NCBI GenBank assembly: GCA_964016885.1 | Contig: OZ024741.1 | Span: 235,972,001-236,036,000, forward strand | DNA length: 64,000 nucleotides | Origin: Eledone cirrhosa | Taxonomy: Eukaryota | Direction: 5' to 3' | Shown: positions 47,355 through 61,511 of the stretch, in pieces | How the letters are laid out: each line of letters begins with the position of its first letter | Numbering within the stretch: the first letter of the stretch is position 1 | Made by a program: the position numbers and the translations under genes | The notes under the pieces: generated by a model | Databases searched by the model: none | Seen by the model: the letters and a program-made list of their open reading frames with translations, nothing else | What the model was told of the DNA's origin: nothing

Positions 47355-47782
47355 AGGGAATTAGCGGAATGATTAGAGTGTTGGACAAAATGCTTTGTGG
47401 TAGTTGTTCCGAGTCTTTTCTTGCCAAGGTCATCTTTGCCTTTCCTCTTTCCTGGGTCTATTAACTATCGGTCAAGTACTGGGCTTGATTTAACCCACCC
47501 ACATCAGAAAAAAAAATAAATGACTGGCCTTGTGCCAAAATTAGAAACCATTATTATTATTATTATGAAAAATATGGAGGGTGGTGAATGGGCAGAATTG
47601 GTAGGGTGTCGGATGAAATGCCATTGCAGTATTTGTTCTAAATCCTTACCAAGATCAAGTTTGCCTTTCATCCTTCTGGGGTCGATAAAATAAAGTACCA
47701 GTTAAATACTGGGGTCAGTATAATCGGCTTTCCCCTTCCCCAAAATTGTTGGCTTTGTGCCTAAATCAGAAATCATTATTAT
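47355..47782 (+). mobile_element. Two tandem copies of the abundant SINE family
   Basis: Each has an agaat..ttag..tgt.ggac head, gcctttc.tc.tt.tgggg middle and ttgtgcc.aaat.agaaa..attatta tail. Confidence 0.75.
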
Positions 47783-50469
47783 GTAAACATGAAATGCTTT
47801 TCCAACAACAAAATAATGTGTAAACTGTAAATGTGGAGAAATTATTCTGACCATAGACAGACTGAAGACATTTAACAAAAAAAAAAAAAAAAATCAACAA
47901 CAAAAGGAGGGGGGGTGATTAAAAGGAAACACAGGAAATATCTGTGTTGTATTTTACTTTTGTTTTGTTTTGTGGTTTTTGTCATGTATTTTTTTTCTTG
48001 GTGTTTTTCTTGTTTCTGATATTTTTTTGAAGACACTTTTTAATGGAATTGTCACAGATCATACTTTGGTGGAATTATTACTGTTGGACAAAATGTATGT
48101 TGGTTATGGCCCTTTATATTCTGAATTCAATTTTGCCGAAGTCAGCTTTGTATTTCTTCCATCTGGGGTCAAAAGTAAAGTACCAATCAAATATTAAGGT
48201 AAGAATGCACCCAGTACAATCTGTAATGTGGTTGATGTTTGGAAGAGCATCAAGCAAAAAGCGGAACATAGGTAAATAAGATGTGAGTTTCTGGCTTGAT
48301 GGTGAGAGGACAGTAATTCTGAATTAAGTACTGACTTGGTCCAAAACAATGACCAATTTTTAATCAGTGAGCGAAGGATAGCAGTTATGGTCCCTTATTT
48401 TTTCAAGGCCTTTAAAACTTCTGGAAGAGAGAATGTTATCTTCAAACCAGAGACCTGGCCCAAATATTTCAACTGTGACCTAGTTAACTATGTAGCCTCC
48501 TCTCCAGCTTGGAGCACTTGTATTTCCTCTACTAAACTCACACTAAAAACATTTACTCGTCTCCCAGACCTGTGGTCCTTTAAGATTTGTAGTGCCACAC
48601 AGGTTGGTTTTTATTTTATTCAGACACCCACTTAGAGGCAGTTTGGTATCAAAAGTGCTATCATAAGTTCTATGATACAATACCTTATTTTAAAATGTTT
48701 ATATTTATCTAAAGATCTTCCATCAGAATTGTATGTAAGAACCTTTAAGTTTATTTTAATTAACAGCATAATAATAAAGTAATTTTAGTAAATCTCTCAA
48801 AATTCTTGATAATTTTCAAAATAATTTGAAAATTATAGGCAGTGTCTTTCATTAAAAATATGGTAACAGAAGGGTTAAACGGAATGAAAAAAAGATCATA
48901 TCCACTACTGACCCTCTTGTCTGACTTTATTAGCAGTCGTTAGAACATTGAATGAAATACTTTACCATATCTAATTCAGCTCCTTGTGTTTTAAGTCCAA
49001 ATTCTGTTGAGGTTAACTTTTGTGGTTCTGGATCAAAAGGCAAAAGGTTTATGTCAGTACTAATAACAAAAACAGACGTTTAATGACAGTGGCTTTGATA
49101 TATCATGAGTACTAGCAATCTAGGGTGTTAGAAAGATGTACCTGTTTGAGAGTCAGGACTGAGATGCCTTGCTGTATTTGTTCCAATTCATTGCAAATCC
49201 ACTTGGGTTATAAGACTTAATCTGACACAGTTTAACACCACCACTTGACTCTTTGATACTGTTAACAGAGTCCATTGTGTTTCAACCATTTGGACCAGGT
49301 CTAGTTTGAAGATACCGTACTCTTCATCTGTCTTAGGAGCATTGAGAAGGGTCATAACTACTGCCCTTCATTACTAATGAACAACAAGGCCATCTTTCCT
49401 GCTAAAGCAGGTGCCATGATAGATTTCTCCACTTTTCCCTCTCACCTGCACCCACCTCATCAATCTTTCACTCCTGACAAACAAATACAAAAAGAAAAAA
49501 AAGGAATTCATTTTATGAGTCCCTGAAAGTGGAAAGGCAAGATTTGAACTCAGCTTCAGACCATAGAGAGATAATGTAAGTAATTATTCCAATACTCAAC
49601 AGTTGATGTTACTCCAAATCTGAATTATAATGGATGTATGGACTCATACTCCTCATGAAGTTGTAGGGCTGCCATAGTGACATACAGCATGTCCTGGGCA
49701 TTTCAAACTTGGTGGAGCTCATCCCCTCTTCAAGTCTGAATACAGCCTATTTCTTCCAGAGAAGTTTAGAGAGATATAGAGGAAGAATCAACCCCAGTAC
49801 TGGATTGGTACTTTTTTATCAACTTCAAAAGGATGAAAAGCTAAGTTGATCACAGTGGGATTCAAACTCAGTATACAGAGAGCAGGGCTGTAAAAAGCAT
49901 TCTATCCAACGTTCTAACAACTCTGTTAATTCACCACCTTTGTATTATAATAATATAAAATTAATAATTATTAGGCACAAACTTGACTGTATGGTAAAAC
50001 ATTTGCTTCACTATAACTAGCTTACAATTTGAATCCCACTGTGTGACACCTTGGGTAAGTGTCTTGAGCTCTAGTTTTGGATTGATCAATAACTTCTGAA
50101 GATGTGTAAACTATATATAAACTCATCTACCATATGTTTGTTTATTTATCAGTGTAAAACAGTCTGTTGAGTTGTGTCCCTTTATGTGAAAAGTTAATCT
50201 AGTTGTTCAATAAATAGAGATTGATAAAATAAATTACTGGAAAACTTAGCTATTCCATGTAATGCATGGAATAGCTAGCTCTTGGTGGTATCATAAATGT
50301 ACCATAGTGATGTATGCAGGCATACAGTTTAACCTGGTGGAGCCCATCCCCTTTCCAGGTTTGAACACAATCGATTTCTTCAAGAGAATGAGAGAGATAT
50401 CGAGGAAGAATCAATCCCAGCACTGGACTGGTATTTATCAACATCAAAAGGATGAAAGACAATGTTAGC

Positions 50470-50572
50470 TATTCAATAGAGACTGGTAAAATAAGTACCA
50501 GATTGGAATTGATATGATCGCCTAAAACTCTTGAAAGTGGTGCCCCAGCATGGCCGCAATCCAATGACTGAA
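50470..50572 (+). mobile_element. SINE 3' part with CR1-like LINE tail
   Basis: ggtgccccagcatggccgcaatccaatgactgaaa resembles the LINE end at 11189-11224; related copy at ~63000-63155 (-). Confidence 0.6.
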
Positions 50573-53500
50573 ATTCTCCCAAAATATATGAGAATTTATT
50601 TATTTGTGGCAATGAGAAAACCTTCATGTGAATACTAGAAATAACAGCCAAATCATAACTACCATTGGACAATGTACTCCTAGATAGATTGTGCCTGAAA
50701 GAAAGACAGTAGTACGGACATAACTGAAATTCTTCTAAACATTCACTCCCCACCATACTACAACCTGTTCTCTCCATCAACATTCACATATTGTCTTCCA
50801 CCACTTCACATTAAGATAGCATTCATAGTACCTACCTCTCTTCTCAATACTATTACACTCTTGACTCACAGGATCCTGTGTTGTACACATTGTCCAGGTT
50901 TTTCATAGGTGTTGTGGAATAGCATAGATTATCACCATATTTGTGGTGAGTGTTCTAGCTGTTCGATCAACAGAACAGCCTGTTCATAAAATTTAACCTG
51001 CAAGTAACTGAGCACTCCACACACAAACATGTATACCCATAACATAATTCTCATGGAGATTTAGCATGACAATGTTATGGTAAATCATATTTGCCCAAGC
51101 TGCTATGCAATGGGATTGACCTTGGGAAGTAATGATTGCAAAGCAAACATCTTAAGCATTCAGCTAAACTGCATCGATATATGTTGGTGAACAGCAAATG
51201 TTGTTTATCAACCTATAGATGTTAGGTAAGAGACAAGGGTTGCTTTTAGAAACCCTGTATCTGTAGCACAAAGGATAAGATTGCTGAAAATCTGTATATA
51301 ACAACAGAGTTGTGAGTTCAATTCTACTCTGAGCACACATGATTATTTACGTTTGTCATACATTGAATTTAAAAATCTTAGCTGTTCAAATTTTTTTGGG
51401 ATTGTCTCTGCTTAGTAGTACCCTGTGTAAGACAGGGCTATGTTTGACTGTGATTGGGGTTATGTCTGCCTACTATGATACTAGTAAAATTTGAGTCAAT
51501 TGGAAGAAAACAATTGTAGCTTGTCCAGTGAAATGTTTACATATGTTAATTTGAAGTTGAGAAGATGTTAGGTTAACTTAATGTAATGGTAATGCAGTTG
51601 TCTGGTACATAACAGGCTTAATTCCCATAGGTGGTTTTGGTCATTTTTTCCATCTAATTTCTTGTTATAAATTTATTAAGTTTACCATTAATAAGTTTTA
51701 AAATCTTGACCATAAATAGTGTTTTGTTTCCATGTTACCACTGAATTAAACAGTATATTTTAAAAATATGATGATAACCATGATGTTGGGATGTTACCTT
51801 ATAGTTCTTTATAGGTCTTCATATTTTGGGATAAAATATCTTTCTCAAAAGATTAAGAGAAGAAACTTGTTCAGAGCTGTATATTTTTGTTGCTCTGAAG
51901 CTTTTTTTAAAAATCTAAAAGTTTTTTTTTTTTCAATACTGATAATGGTGAATAGATACAGGGTTTGTGATCTAAGCTACTGTTGTATCATTTTTGAAAT
52001 GGAATTGGTGTTGGGTTCTAGTCTATTGTTGATTTGGGGCTGCAGTTCTGTATTAGTATAGATACTTTTATTCTGAGAGTGGCAGTATTACTTACCCCTC
52101 TTTTGATAGTAACTGTTATATCTTTATTTATGTTCTTGCACTTATCAAAACATTTTTATCCTATATATAGTATGATCAAATTGAGATTACAACACGACAA
52201 CTTGCCCAAGGTGTTGTAGAGTGGGATTAAGTTTGTAAGTAAGTCTATACCTAAGAATTATTAATTTTATATTTGGTATTATAATTCATATTTGAAGTAT
52301 CAGAAACTCATATATACATATGTGTGGATACTGCATAGCTGAATAGTTAAAAAATGTGCTTCACAATCATTAGGACCTGCTTGACATTTTGGGCAATTTT
52401 CATTTACCATTAGGTCAATCCATGCTTTGTGAGGGAAACTGGGTAGATAGAAACTGTTTGGACTGTGTACTTGTAATTCTAAGTAACAGCCTTGTCATAT
52501 ACTTATGCTGAGTCTCCCTGAGAACTATAATCAGAATGCATGTCTGTTTAATGTTCAGCCACTTGCACATTAATTTCACAAGCAGGGGATTCTGTTGTTT
52601 AAACATTTGGAGCACTCATCGGAAATGATGGAGGTTCAACAACAACCTCACCAACAGTGACATGTGTAGAACCTCTTCCTCTTAAATACACTTCATGGTA
52701 TCTACCTCTCTTCTCATTTGCCCTACTGTGTGTTGAGTTAGGACTCCAGACACAATCCTACTTCCTCACAGCTTATGACCCTCTCAAACTCAGCTTTTCA
52801 GAAGAGAATGAGAATCAAAATCTAGTACACACAATTGATCAAACCAATGACCTGTTAGAAATAGTTAAATAATATCCTGTTGTCTTAATAACAGAGAGGA
52901 AACAGATGCTTTCAGTAAACACCCCTGCTAATTAAGTCACCTAGGTAACAAAAACTATGAACTACTTTTAATGAATGATCCTTCCAAGCATTTGAAGGGA
53001 TTTATTTCATGTATATTCTTACTGGGTATCTGCCACATACAGTCTGCCTTCCCTATGACCCTATAGTTTACACTGAGTACACCTTATGGAATTCTTACCA
53101 ACTCCTTTTCATGTACAACAATTTCCTCAGTGGTAGCAGGGTCCTGTCTTCTTTCCTATTTATTAAGAATTACCAGTTCAGGACAGTTGACTAGTGGAAT
53201 TATGAGAAAGCCAGATGAGATGCCTTGTATTTTTTCGGGCTCTTTGCCCTGTAGCCCCTACTTGGCTGGTAAACTTAATGCGTTGCCTGGTTTAACACCA
53301 CCACCATCTGGCTCTTGAGTGTCTCCTTTATTGAAAAATACTTGCAAGTAATCTGGCCAAGTCACAAAGAGTTAATCAACGAAGGATTTAGTAATTGTTG
53401 TAAATCAAAAACATGAATGACTGTGGTCCCTTATGTTCTTCGCTTGTCTTCAAAAAGAATGGAAATATTGGTTCATTTTACTGCTTGGATGATAACAACT

Positions 53501-53601
53501 CAGGGAACGATCCCAGCTGGTCAAGGTCAACATGGGGTTAAACAAGGAATGATCAACAATAACAACTACAAGACACTAGATAGTTAATTTTATTTATTTA
53601 A

Positions 53602-54252
53602 TTAAACTTTATTATTTCCATTAACAGTTAACTTGCCAAAATGTTTGGCTTTGTGTTCTTGTAGCTGACTGTCTGACACATAGTTTCTCCTACAAATATC
53701 ACAGTGGAATGGCTTATTTTTGTGAATAAGCATGTGACGTTTGACAGATGCCTTTGTCTTGAATATCTTGCCACATGTACGACAGGGTAAACACAGAGAT
53801 GTGTCCTTTACTCTTTTCGCTTTACTATCAGCTGGATGTTGACTGGAATAATGGGCCAACAAACTTGATTTGTTCGCCAATTTTTCAAGACAGATTTCAC
53901 ATTCAAACCTCTTAGCCTTGCATTTTCCTTTTTGTTTTTCAGCATTTTCATGAATTTTTTTATGTCTTTTCAGAGGAAAGTTCCTATCAAATTCTCTGCC
54001 GCATATCTTGCACATAAATGGCTTTTCAGGCAAATGCTTCTTGTGGTGGATTTGTAGATATTCCTTCCTGGAGAAATCTTTCCCACAGATATCACAATTA
54101 AACAAATTTCTACCAACAAGGCGAGCTTTGCGTGCAATACCTGATTTATAGCTATTTCCAACCTGGGTGATTCCTCTCTCAGGATTGGGGACTGATTGTG
54201 AGGAAGAATTGACCTTAGCATCTTCAAAAGTTGACTCATCATTCATAAACAT
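53602..54252 (-). CDS. C2H2 zinc-finger protein, 216 aa, 5 fingers
   Basis: Intact ORF with five CxxC...HxxxH fingers; splice acceptor ttttcag 2 nt upstream of the ATG (exon starts 54254); AATAAA just after the stop. An upstream coding exon cannot be excluded. Confidence 0.88.
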   Translation of the reverse strand: MFMNDESTFEDAKVNSSSQSVPNPERGITQVGNSYKSGIARKARLVGRNLFNCDICGKDFSRKEYLQIHHKKHLPEKPFMCKICGREFDRNFPLKRHKKIHENAEKQKGKCKAKRFECEICLEKLANKSSLLAHYSSQHPADSKAKRVKDTSLCLPCRTCGKIFKTKASVKRHMLIHKNKPFHCDICRRNYVSDSQLQEHKAKHFGKLTVNGNNKV

Positions 54253-57200
54253 GTCTGAAAATTAATCCAAAATATATATTTTTAAAAATAAGAGAGGATG
54301 TTTTTTATTTATTGAATGATACTGGAATATTTGTCTTTAAATACTATACTGTTCTACAGAATATACCTATAGATTTGTAGCTAACATCCACCAACATCAG
54401 CGTTACCCCTATGACTCAGGGCTTCCTTTTCCCATGCTGGGATGTCTTCCCTAATCAGCAAGCAGCATAAAGCCTGCACCCCTCTCATTTTTTATACTTC
54501 CCCACTCACATCAATGCCTTCTCAATCTGACTCACCGGTCACCCTAATATTGTAATGAGGTAGTGCTGGTGACATGATAAAAAGCCCTCCAGTCTGCACT
54601 GTAAGACAGTAGTATTGGTGACACAACAAAAAAGAGCACCCAGTCCACCCTGTAAAGTGGTAGTGCTGATGCCAAGACGAAAACAATTAATGTACCCTAT
54701 AAGATGGTCATGCTGGTGCCATAACTGAAAAACTCAACCATGGAAAACCAAGCCAAAAATGGATCATATGAGCTAGATTAGATTACCTCACCTGTCCAAC
54801 CTCATAACATGACAACCCTTCATGCAAGCATTAAATGGAGAAGATTATATATGTACTAGCAGATGTAAATAAAATCTTTATATAGGTTATTTTTGTGGAG
54901 AGGAAAGAAGGAATCTGCTAGGTTAGTTTCAATCCTGTGTTGAGATTTCATCAGTGACTGATTAAGTCTCTTTATCTGTCCATAGAGTCACTGATTTTAA
55001 AGCCACTATTGTATGTATGGACCCATGACACAGTATGTCTTGGTCATTTTAAACCTGGCGAAGTTCATCCCTTTTCTAGTCCGAACACTACTGATTTCTT
55101 CCAGAGAAGGAGAGGAAGTGAGAAAGATATAGAGCAAGAATCAATTTCAGTGCTGGACTGGTCCTTCATATATCGGCCTCAAAAGGATGAAAAGCAAGAA
55201 GCCGCTATTACTAGCAGCTTAAGTAAATCTGATAGACTAATTTGCATATGAAATGCTTTTTTGATAGGGTGCCGGAAGTGAGGGGTCAGTGATGTCACAT
55301 TGGAAGTGTGGGCTGAGTCTTTCTCTTGGTCCATGTGCCACAGCAGAGTGGACGTTCTGTAATGACTGGTGCATATGAGTGTGTAAGTTTTGCTATGTTC
55401 TCTGGCCAGATGTGAAACAGGTGAGTAACACACGGAGATTCAGTACGGACATGAGTAGAGACGAGGTCTCTTCGCTTCTTATGACTAGTTATTTTGGCAT
55501 TAATGGATAACAGCATGGCCTTTTGTTTGGAGATGTTCGATGGATGGAATGTGAGCCGCTTCTTCAGAGTGGCATACAGGCCAAGTGGAAATAGGGATCA
55601 GTCATGCTAGCTTTAATTCTGTTTTGGGATTTCAGCAGCAGCTTGTATATAAAGACATGGAATTTGCATCTCTACATATAGTGTTAGTTAAAAATCTATA
55701 GTATAATATATTTTTCAAAGGTCAGATGTTAGAATTTAAACAGAGCAAGAGATTAACTCTACCACACAAAAATAGGAACAGTCCCTTCAATAGGCTTCCG
55801 TCTACCAAATTTCACTCACAAGGCTTTGGTCGATTCCTAAGTTTAGTACATATGTATAAATCTTCAAGGAGAAAAAAGGACACTTTTTAAGATATGAACT
55901 TGAAGAAGTTCCCTTTATTCTCTCAGAAAATACTAGATGTTTTCACTGCGAAAAGAAAATCGACAAACTTAGTGGACAAAAACATGAATAGAATATCCAC
56001 TAACTTAACATGTTAAACAAAGTGTGAATCGACTGATAGATAAACAAATCCGTGTATTTAGACAGCCTAAAAGTAACTTTTCAGGTTCCTTGACTGATCA
56101 AATTCACCAGATTCAAATAGGCAATGGTTTCTTAGGTGTAACTTAGTGTTTGACAGTCGCAACATATGAACTGAGCCTTTGTCGCTAGAAAAATAAATTG
56201 CTGACACGTTTGGGTTTAACCCAATTTGCTTAGATGTTATTTCTAAAGTAAATAGTCTGGTTTTAAATATTTGAAGCAGTTTAAGACAAATTTACAACAA
56301 AAAAAAAAAAAAAAAGAGAGAGTTGAGTCAATATATATTTAAAAAAACTTCAAGGCTAAATGGTAATGCTATGTTATACAAGGAGAAAGGAAACTATTTC
56401 TTTATCACACAAAAGAAATACTACTGTGCTTTCTTTTAAACAGGGATCATGGACAATAGATCTCGAAATAAGAAAACGAAAATATCTCATTGACATTTAC
56501 TGGATTCATTGCGCATGCTCCGTTGGCATAAACCCTAATTCTAGCATGTATATATATATATATATTATTCAAAATGTTAACAAATGAAAAATATTCTCAT
56601 AATCAAAATATATACTTTATTATATATTTCAAAGGTACTGTGTTGTTTTTTCAGTACGTCCTCATCAGACAAAATATATGATTTGATATATGACATACTG
56701 CTACAGTCTTGATTATTCAATTCCAGTATTGGCAGTATTGAATAATGTTAAAAATTCCAGGAAAACTTAACCGTTGAGTGCTTCTAACCTATTGTAAAAT
56801 TGTATTCGTTGAGTAATCAACGAACCATACTAATCTTTGGTTATATATATAACCGAAATCCGATTCTCGCTGAATTTATATATATATATATATTGAATCT
56901 GGTGAATAAGACAATATATTTTCGTTTTTTTTTTATTTTGAACTCTATTTTAAAACTGTTTTAAGTTTTTCTGCAAACCTAAGGATTTATCCCACTCAAG
57001 GTTTAATGAAACAAATACGATACATCTCCAATAGTGACATAAATCCAACAGAACACTGCCCTAACTTACAACTGAATTAACTTGGTAAATATGTTGTCAA
57101 CACGTGTTGCCATAACTTACAAAGTGTTTAGGCAAAAGAAAAAAAATTGCGATACATTCAATGATATTTGGAACCTTCGTTCAATATTGCTTCCACTACT

Positions 57201-58419
57201 ACATCTTTTCAATGAAATCTAAAACTATTTTGAATTGTTGCTACTACCACTAAACGTACTAGTTTTAACAGAAAGATACAATTAACACACCTATATAAGG
57301 TGGCCGTATATTCAAACTTACAGCATTTAATTAGAGGGCAGCATATTTGCAGAATCGTTAGAGCGTTGGGCATGATGCTTTGCAGCATTTATTTTGGCTC
57401 TTTACGCTCTGTGTCATTGTTTCAGTGTCGATAAAATATAGTACCAGTGAAGTACTGGTGTTGATTTAATCGACTTTCTCCTCCAAAATTACAAGCTTTG
57501 CATTATTAAAAATAGTACACAACCCATTGTTTTACGGGCAGATTAGGTAATATTTAATAAGGCTATGTTTGTGTATGCATGTATTATACAATATTTTATC
57601 TTATGGCTAAGTGATGAATCGTGTTGGGAGTTACTCACACACAGAAAGATTGCTATAGAGAGAAAGATAGACAGACAACACTATGATAGAATGCTGGTTA
57701 CTGATATGAATGAAAGCATTTTAGAACATGTTGCACTACACCCCCTTTTTTTTTATCTTGCATTTGTGTGTAGCTAGATAGAATATTACAGAGATAGAGA
57801 TAGGCAATACCATGAATGAAAGCATTTTAGAACATGCCCCACCAAACCACATTTTTATTTTACATTTATTTTCCATGAATTCTAAACAAAATTTTTAGAA
57901 TGTTTTTGGCAGACCGTAACGTCCGTGTAACCAACAAACAATAGGTTGTACAGCTATTATAATATAAATTTCCTCGTATTTTGGGAGGAGGGTCAATCAG
58001 TGATCACGTTTTTTAAATGCGTTTGATTCTATAATTACGGATTCAGTCAGCTTCATAGCACCATCGACGAGAGTTTTCTACCACTGCCTCAGGTCAATAA
58101 ATACCATCTGAGTAGAATTTAGTAGCAGGAAATTGTACAGAAGGTGTGTGTGTGTGTGTGTGTGTAATGTAAATATGTATGTAGAGACGGATCGAAATGT
58201 AATGAACCAGTTATTAGCCACTGGAAACCTCTGTCGCGTGACACTATTGTTCACCAATTTGGATATCAAATAAAATTAAATAAAGCTAAATAATTTACGT
58301 AATTTCATCAACCAATACAGTGGAATCTCCCTGATTATAGGTGAAGTCAGTAAAATATTCTTAATGCTATCTAAAACATACTATGTTGGTAGTGTTCTTC
58401 GCTCACCTATTCCTGTGAG

Positions 58420-59000
58420 GATCATGAGAGCGGAGGTTTCAGGCACATCTTCTAGAAGGTCCTCTCAGAAGCAACTGTCTCCAAATGATCCGGCTGGATC
58501 TCCAAGCGAGACCAATCGAGCTTATAAATGTTATCTAACCATTTTCCTTGTGGTCTACCTCTTGGTTTCCTGACAGTTGGCCTTGCTGGTAAAATCTGTC
58601 CAGTGGTTCATTCTTTAGCCATACTAACTACATGTCTGTAGTACCGGAGCTGTGATCTCCTGAAGTGGAGAAATGGCTGCCCTACCTGGTGCGATTCTAA
58701 TCTCAGAGCTACGACACTATCGAACATCATTCCAAAGATCCTTCAGAGGAACCCCATTTCAGTCTCTTGTATTCTTTCAAGATTCATACCACAGGTAAGG
58801 GTAGGCATAAACACATAATTAAAGATAGCGAGTTTGGTTTTTATACCTCACTCCCTTCTTCTATTGACCGAGTGCTGAAACTGGTGCCTATTTACACCAG
58901 TTTCAGCAATTCTTGCATTTAATTCAGCTTTCTGCCTTCCACCATTCGTAAAAACGGTTTCGAGATATTTGAACTTCACCTGCCTCAGATTTTTGCATGG
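58420..59000 (-). mobile_element. Old RTE-clade LINE 3' relic (different family)
   Basis: Manual minus-strand translation with stops: KTKLAIF..VFMPTL, EMGFL, RSQLRYYRHV, RKPRGRPQGKWLD. Confidence 0.6.
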
Positions 59001-59398
59001 GAGTAAGCTAAAAGTGTAAATGACAGAATATGTTGAGGATCACCGATATTTGTTGTTTACCCAGGTCAACCCTGATTGAACAGACCTGTGATAAAAGCAT
59101 TTCAGCTGTGACAGAAAAAAAAAAAAAAAAATTTTCAGGGGGGTTTTGATAACACTAGAGAAGATCAATTGAACTTAGAATAATTACATCGTTTTAGATA
59201 TCTCACCGATTTGGTTTGCTTTTATTGTTGGTATTGATGTTAACAATGTCAATCACAAGTTAAAATTCCACGCAATGAAAATAGACTGTAAAACCAGCCA
59301 GAATGACGTTAAGTTAATAAAAAATTTTAGTTAGCATGTAATTTATTATTGTACAAAATATAATTTAGAGATATATCAGATGAAAGAATGGTATTTAA

Positions 59399-60850
59399 CT
59401 AATGTATTGGTACGCGATGGGGCCCACCCACAGCCCCGGCAGACAGAATGGAGAAGGCGTTTCCCCGGAGGACGGCAAGGGAGACGCGCTGGAAAAGCCA
59501 CTCCAACTCGCGGGGCTCACACCTGCGGCTGGCCAGCTCAGCGCCTATGGTGGTGAGTAAGGAGGTAGCCCTGGGGCCGAGGACACCAGAAGTCTCCACT
59601 GCCAGGGGAACGACTGCAAACCTGTCGGAGAGCGACCGGTATTTGAGGAGTTTGGCCCCCTCAGCCCGACGTGCAGCAGAACCTGGGTCAGTCGCAGACT
59701 GCACCAAGTTGCGGCTGCAGAAAGTGTCGGTGCAAGTGGCATCCCAGACGAGGGGTTTGCCGCCGCGGAACGGGAAGATGGTCGTGCCATCTGGCCTTTT
59801 TCCGTCCCCTCGATGCAGCCCCACCGGCTCGAGCTGGGAAGGGAAGCCTGCAGCGTCCAAGCCATGCTTAATGACCTCGTTCAGAGCAGATTGGCGTGGA
59901 ATGCGGCCGGCACTGTGGCGACAGGAAAGCGGGTGGAGGACGAAAGAGTCCACCGTGGAACCGCAGCGACATTGGTATGGCTGGCAGATCCGGAGGCCGA
60001 GCCTCAGGCAAACGCCGATTCGCAGGCTATGTTTGTCTAGCTGCGTGCCAGTGGAGAAGGAGGGCAGGGCGTGGAGCCAGGCACCACTGTGGGGGTTTGG
60101 AGGCCGCACGAAAACAAGCAAGGCGGTGCTGGTACGTGAGCCTGTCTGAGACCAAGCTGCACTGGATGGCATCCCAAGTGCGTTGGGGGGGACTTGACGT
60201 CAACAGGGGGAGAAGGAGGAGGGATGTCTACTGGGCTTAGTCCCAGACGGTCCCACGTCTCACAGGCGGCCTCACGTTCTCTGAACACAGAGGGTTCTGT
60301 TGTGTTTTGAAGAACCTACTGACGAGGACGCGGCACGAGGTTACCGACGAAAGATACGCCGACAAAGCTAGTGAGATCGGGGACCGGAGGCCAAGGCCGC
60401 CATACCTGACCGGTAAAGTTGCCTGCTGCCACCCTATGTCGTCAAACTTGACGTTGCATATCCCCTCGGCTGCTGCTCGGATACAAGTATCGAGGTCAGC
60501 GAGGAGAGATGTCTGGGTGTAGCATGGAGCGCTGCGGAGTGTATAGAGGAGCTTCCGCATGGCGAAGCAGTTCCTCAGCAGAAAGAGAGCTGGGTGGCCG
60601 TCAATGAAGCCCAGTCGGCTCGTGAGAGTCTGGACCTGATGGTGGCCGGCGGGTGGATCGGTGACCCGAGGATGAGGACATCCTCTTTGGAGGTCACCTG
60701 AACCTGGCGGAAAATGGACCGCACGTCCAAGACGGAGGCTGCAAAGCTCGCAGCACCGAGGCTGACGTTCACCACCTCCGAGTTGACCTGGAGGCCGATT
60801 CCCGCCAGGGCAGGAATCACCGATTGAAGGTCATGACAGACCGTCCGTAC
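59399..60850 (-). mobile_element. CRE-clade non-LTR retrotransposon 3' part (RT C-terminus, zinc knuckle, restriction-like endonuclease), frameshifted
   Basis: QATLPVRYGGLGLR, GAWLHALP, CRCG...HPLSC, EPVGL.RGDGKRPDG, WDATC.DT, K..KY, PLAVETSG, QRVSLAVLRGNA. Confidence 0.88.
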
Positions 60851-61511
60851 TTTAATAAATAAAAAGGTGTTTTTCTTACAGAAAAAGAAACCAGTTAATG
60901 ATCTAGGCCATTGGTTCCCTTTCTGGGTTCTACAAAGGTAGCAGGGGTAGGGGCAGTGGGCCATGTTCAACATTTCCAGTGTACTTTACACATACACGCG
61001 CGCGCGTTATTTTGTATGCATTATAAAACATTTCTCACTTTCGATTGTTCTCGCTGTATAACAATCTGGGTGTGGGGGTAATTGTAATTTAAAAAAAAGA
61101 AGGGTACTTATTAGTAAAAGGGCTGGGAACCACTGGCATAAGCTGAGATAGATTTACATAATTTTCAGAGGAAAATACACATTTTAAGCAGTCCTACACG
61201 CCATTTGTTGACAACAATAGTAAAATAAAATATAAATCTTAAACTATTATAAATATTTTGGGGCGTTTTCCAAATCCCATCTCCCTCACGTTTTTTTCTT
61301 TTTTTTTGACACTAGAAAATACATTTACTTGTTGAGCAATTTTTTCACATGTTTGTTTTGTTGTTGAATAATTCAACATATTTATTCACAATTGTATAAA
61401 TAACATTACAAATATAATGCACAAAAATATTCAAAGCGAAAGAGAACAGACAAAAAAAAGAAAAACATCAATTCACCACTAAGTGCGTCAATCGGTCACA
61501 CATCACAAGGG

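Noticed and set aside
55220-55660. GC-richer segment, possibly an old LINE RT C-terminus or an exon
   Set aside because: No diagnostic motif recoverable by eye
56605-56675. Hammerhead-like CTGATGA...GAAA on the minus strand (and CTGACGAGG at ~62538)
   Set aside because: Stem I or the GAAA half cannot be formed; at best decayed remnants
57706-57870. Short direct repeat atgaatgaaagcattttagaacatg (2 copies)
   Set aside because: Simple local duplication with no further structure
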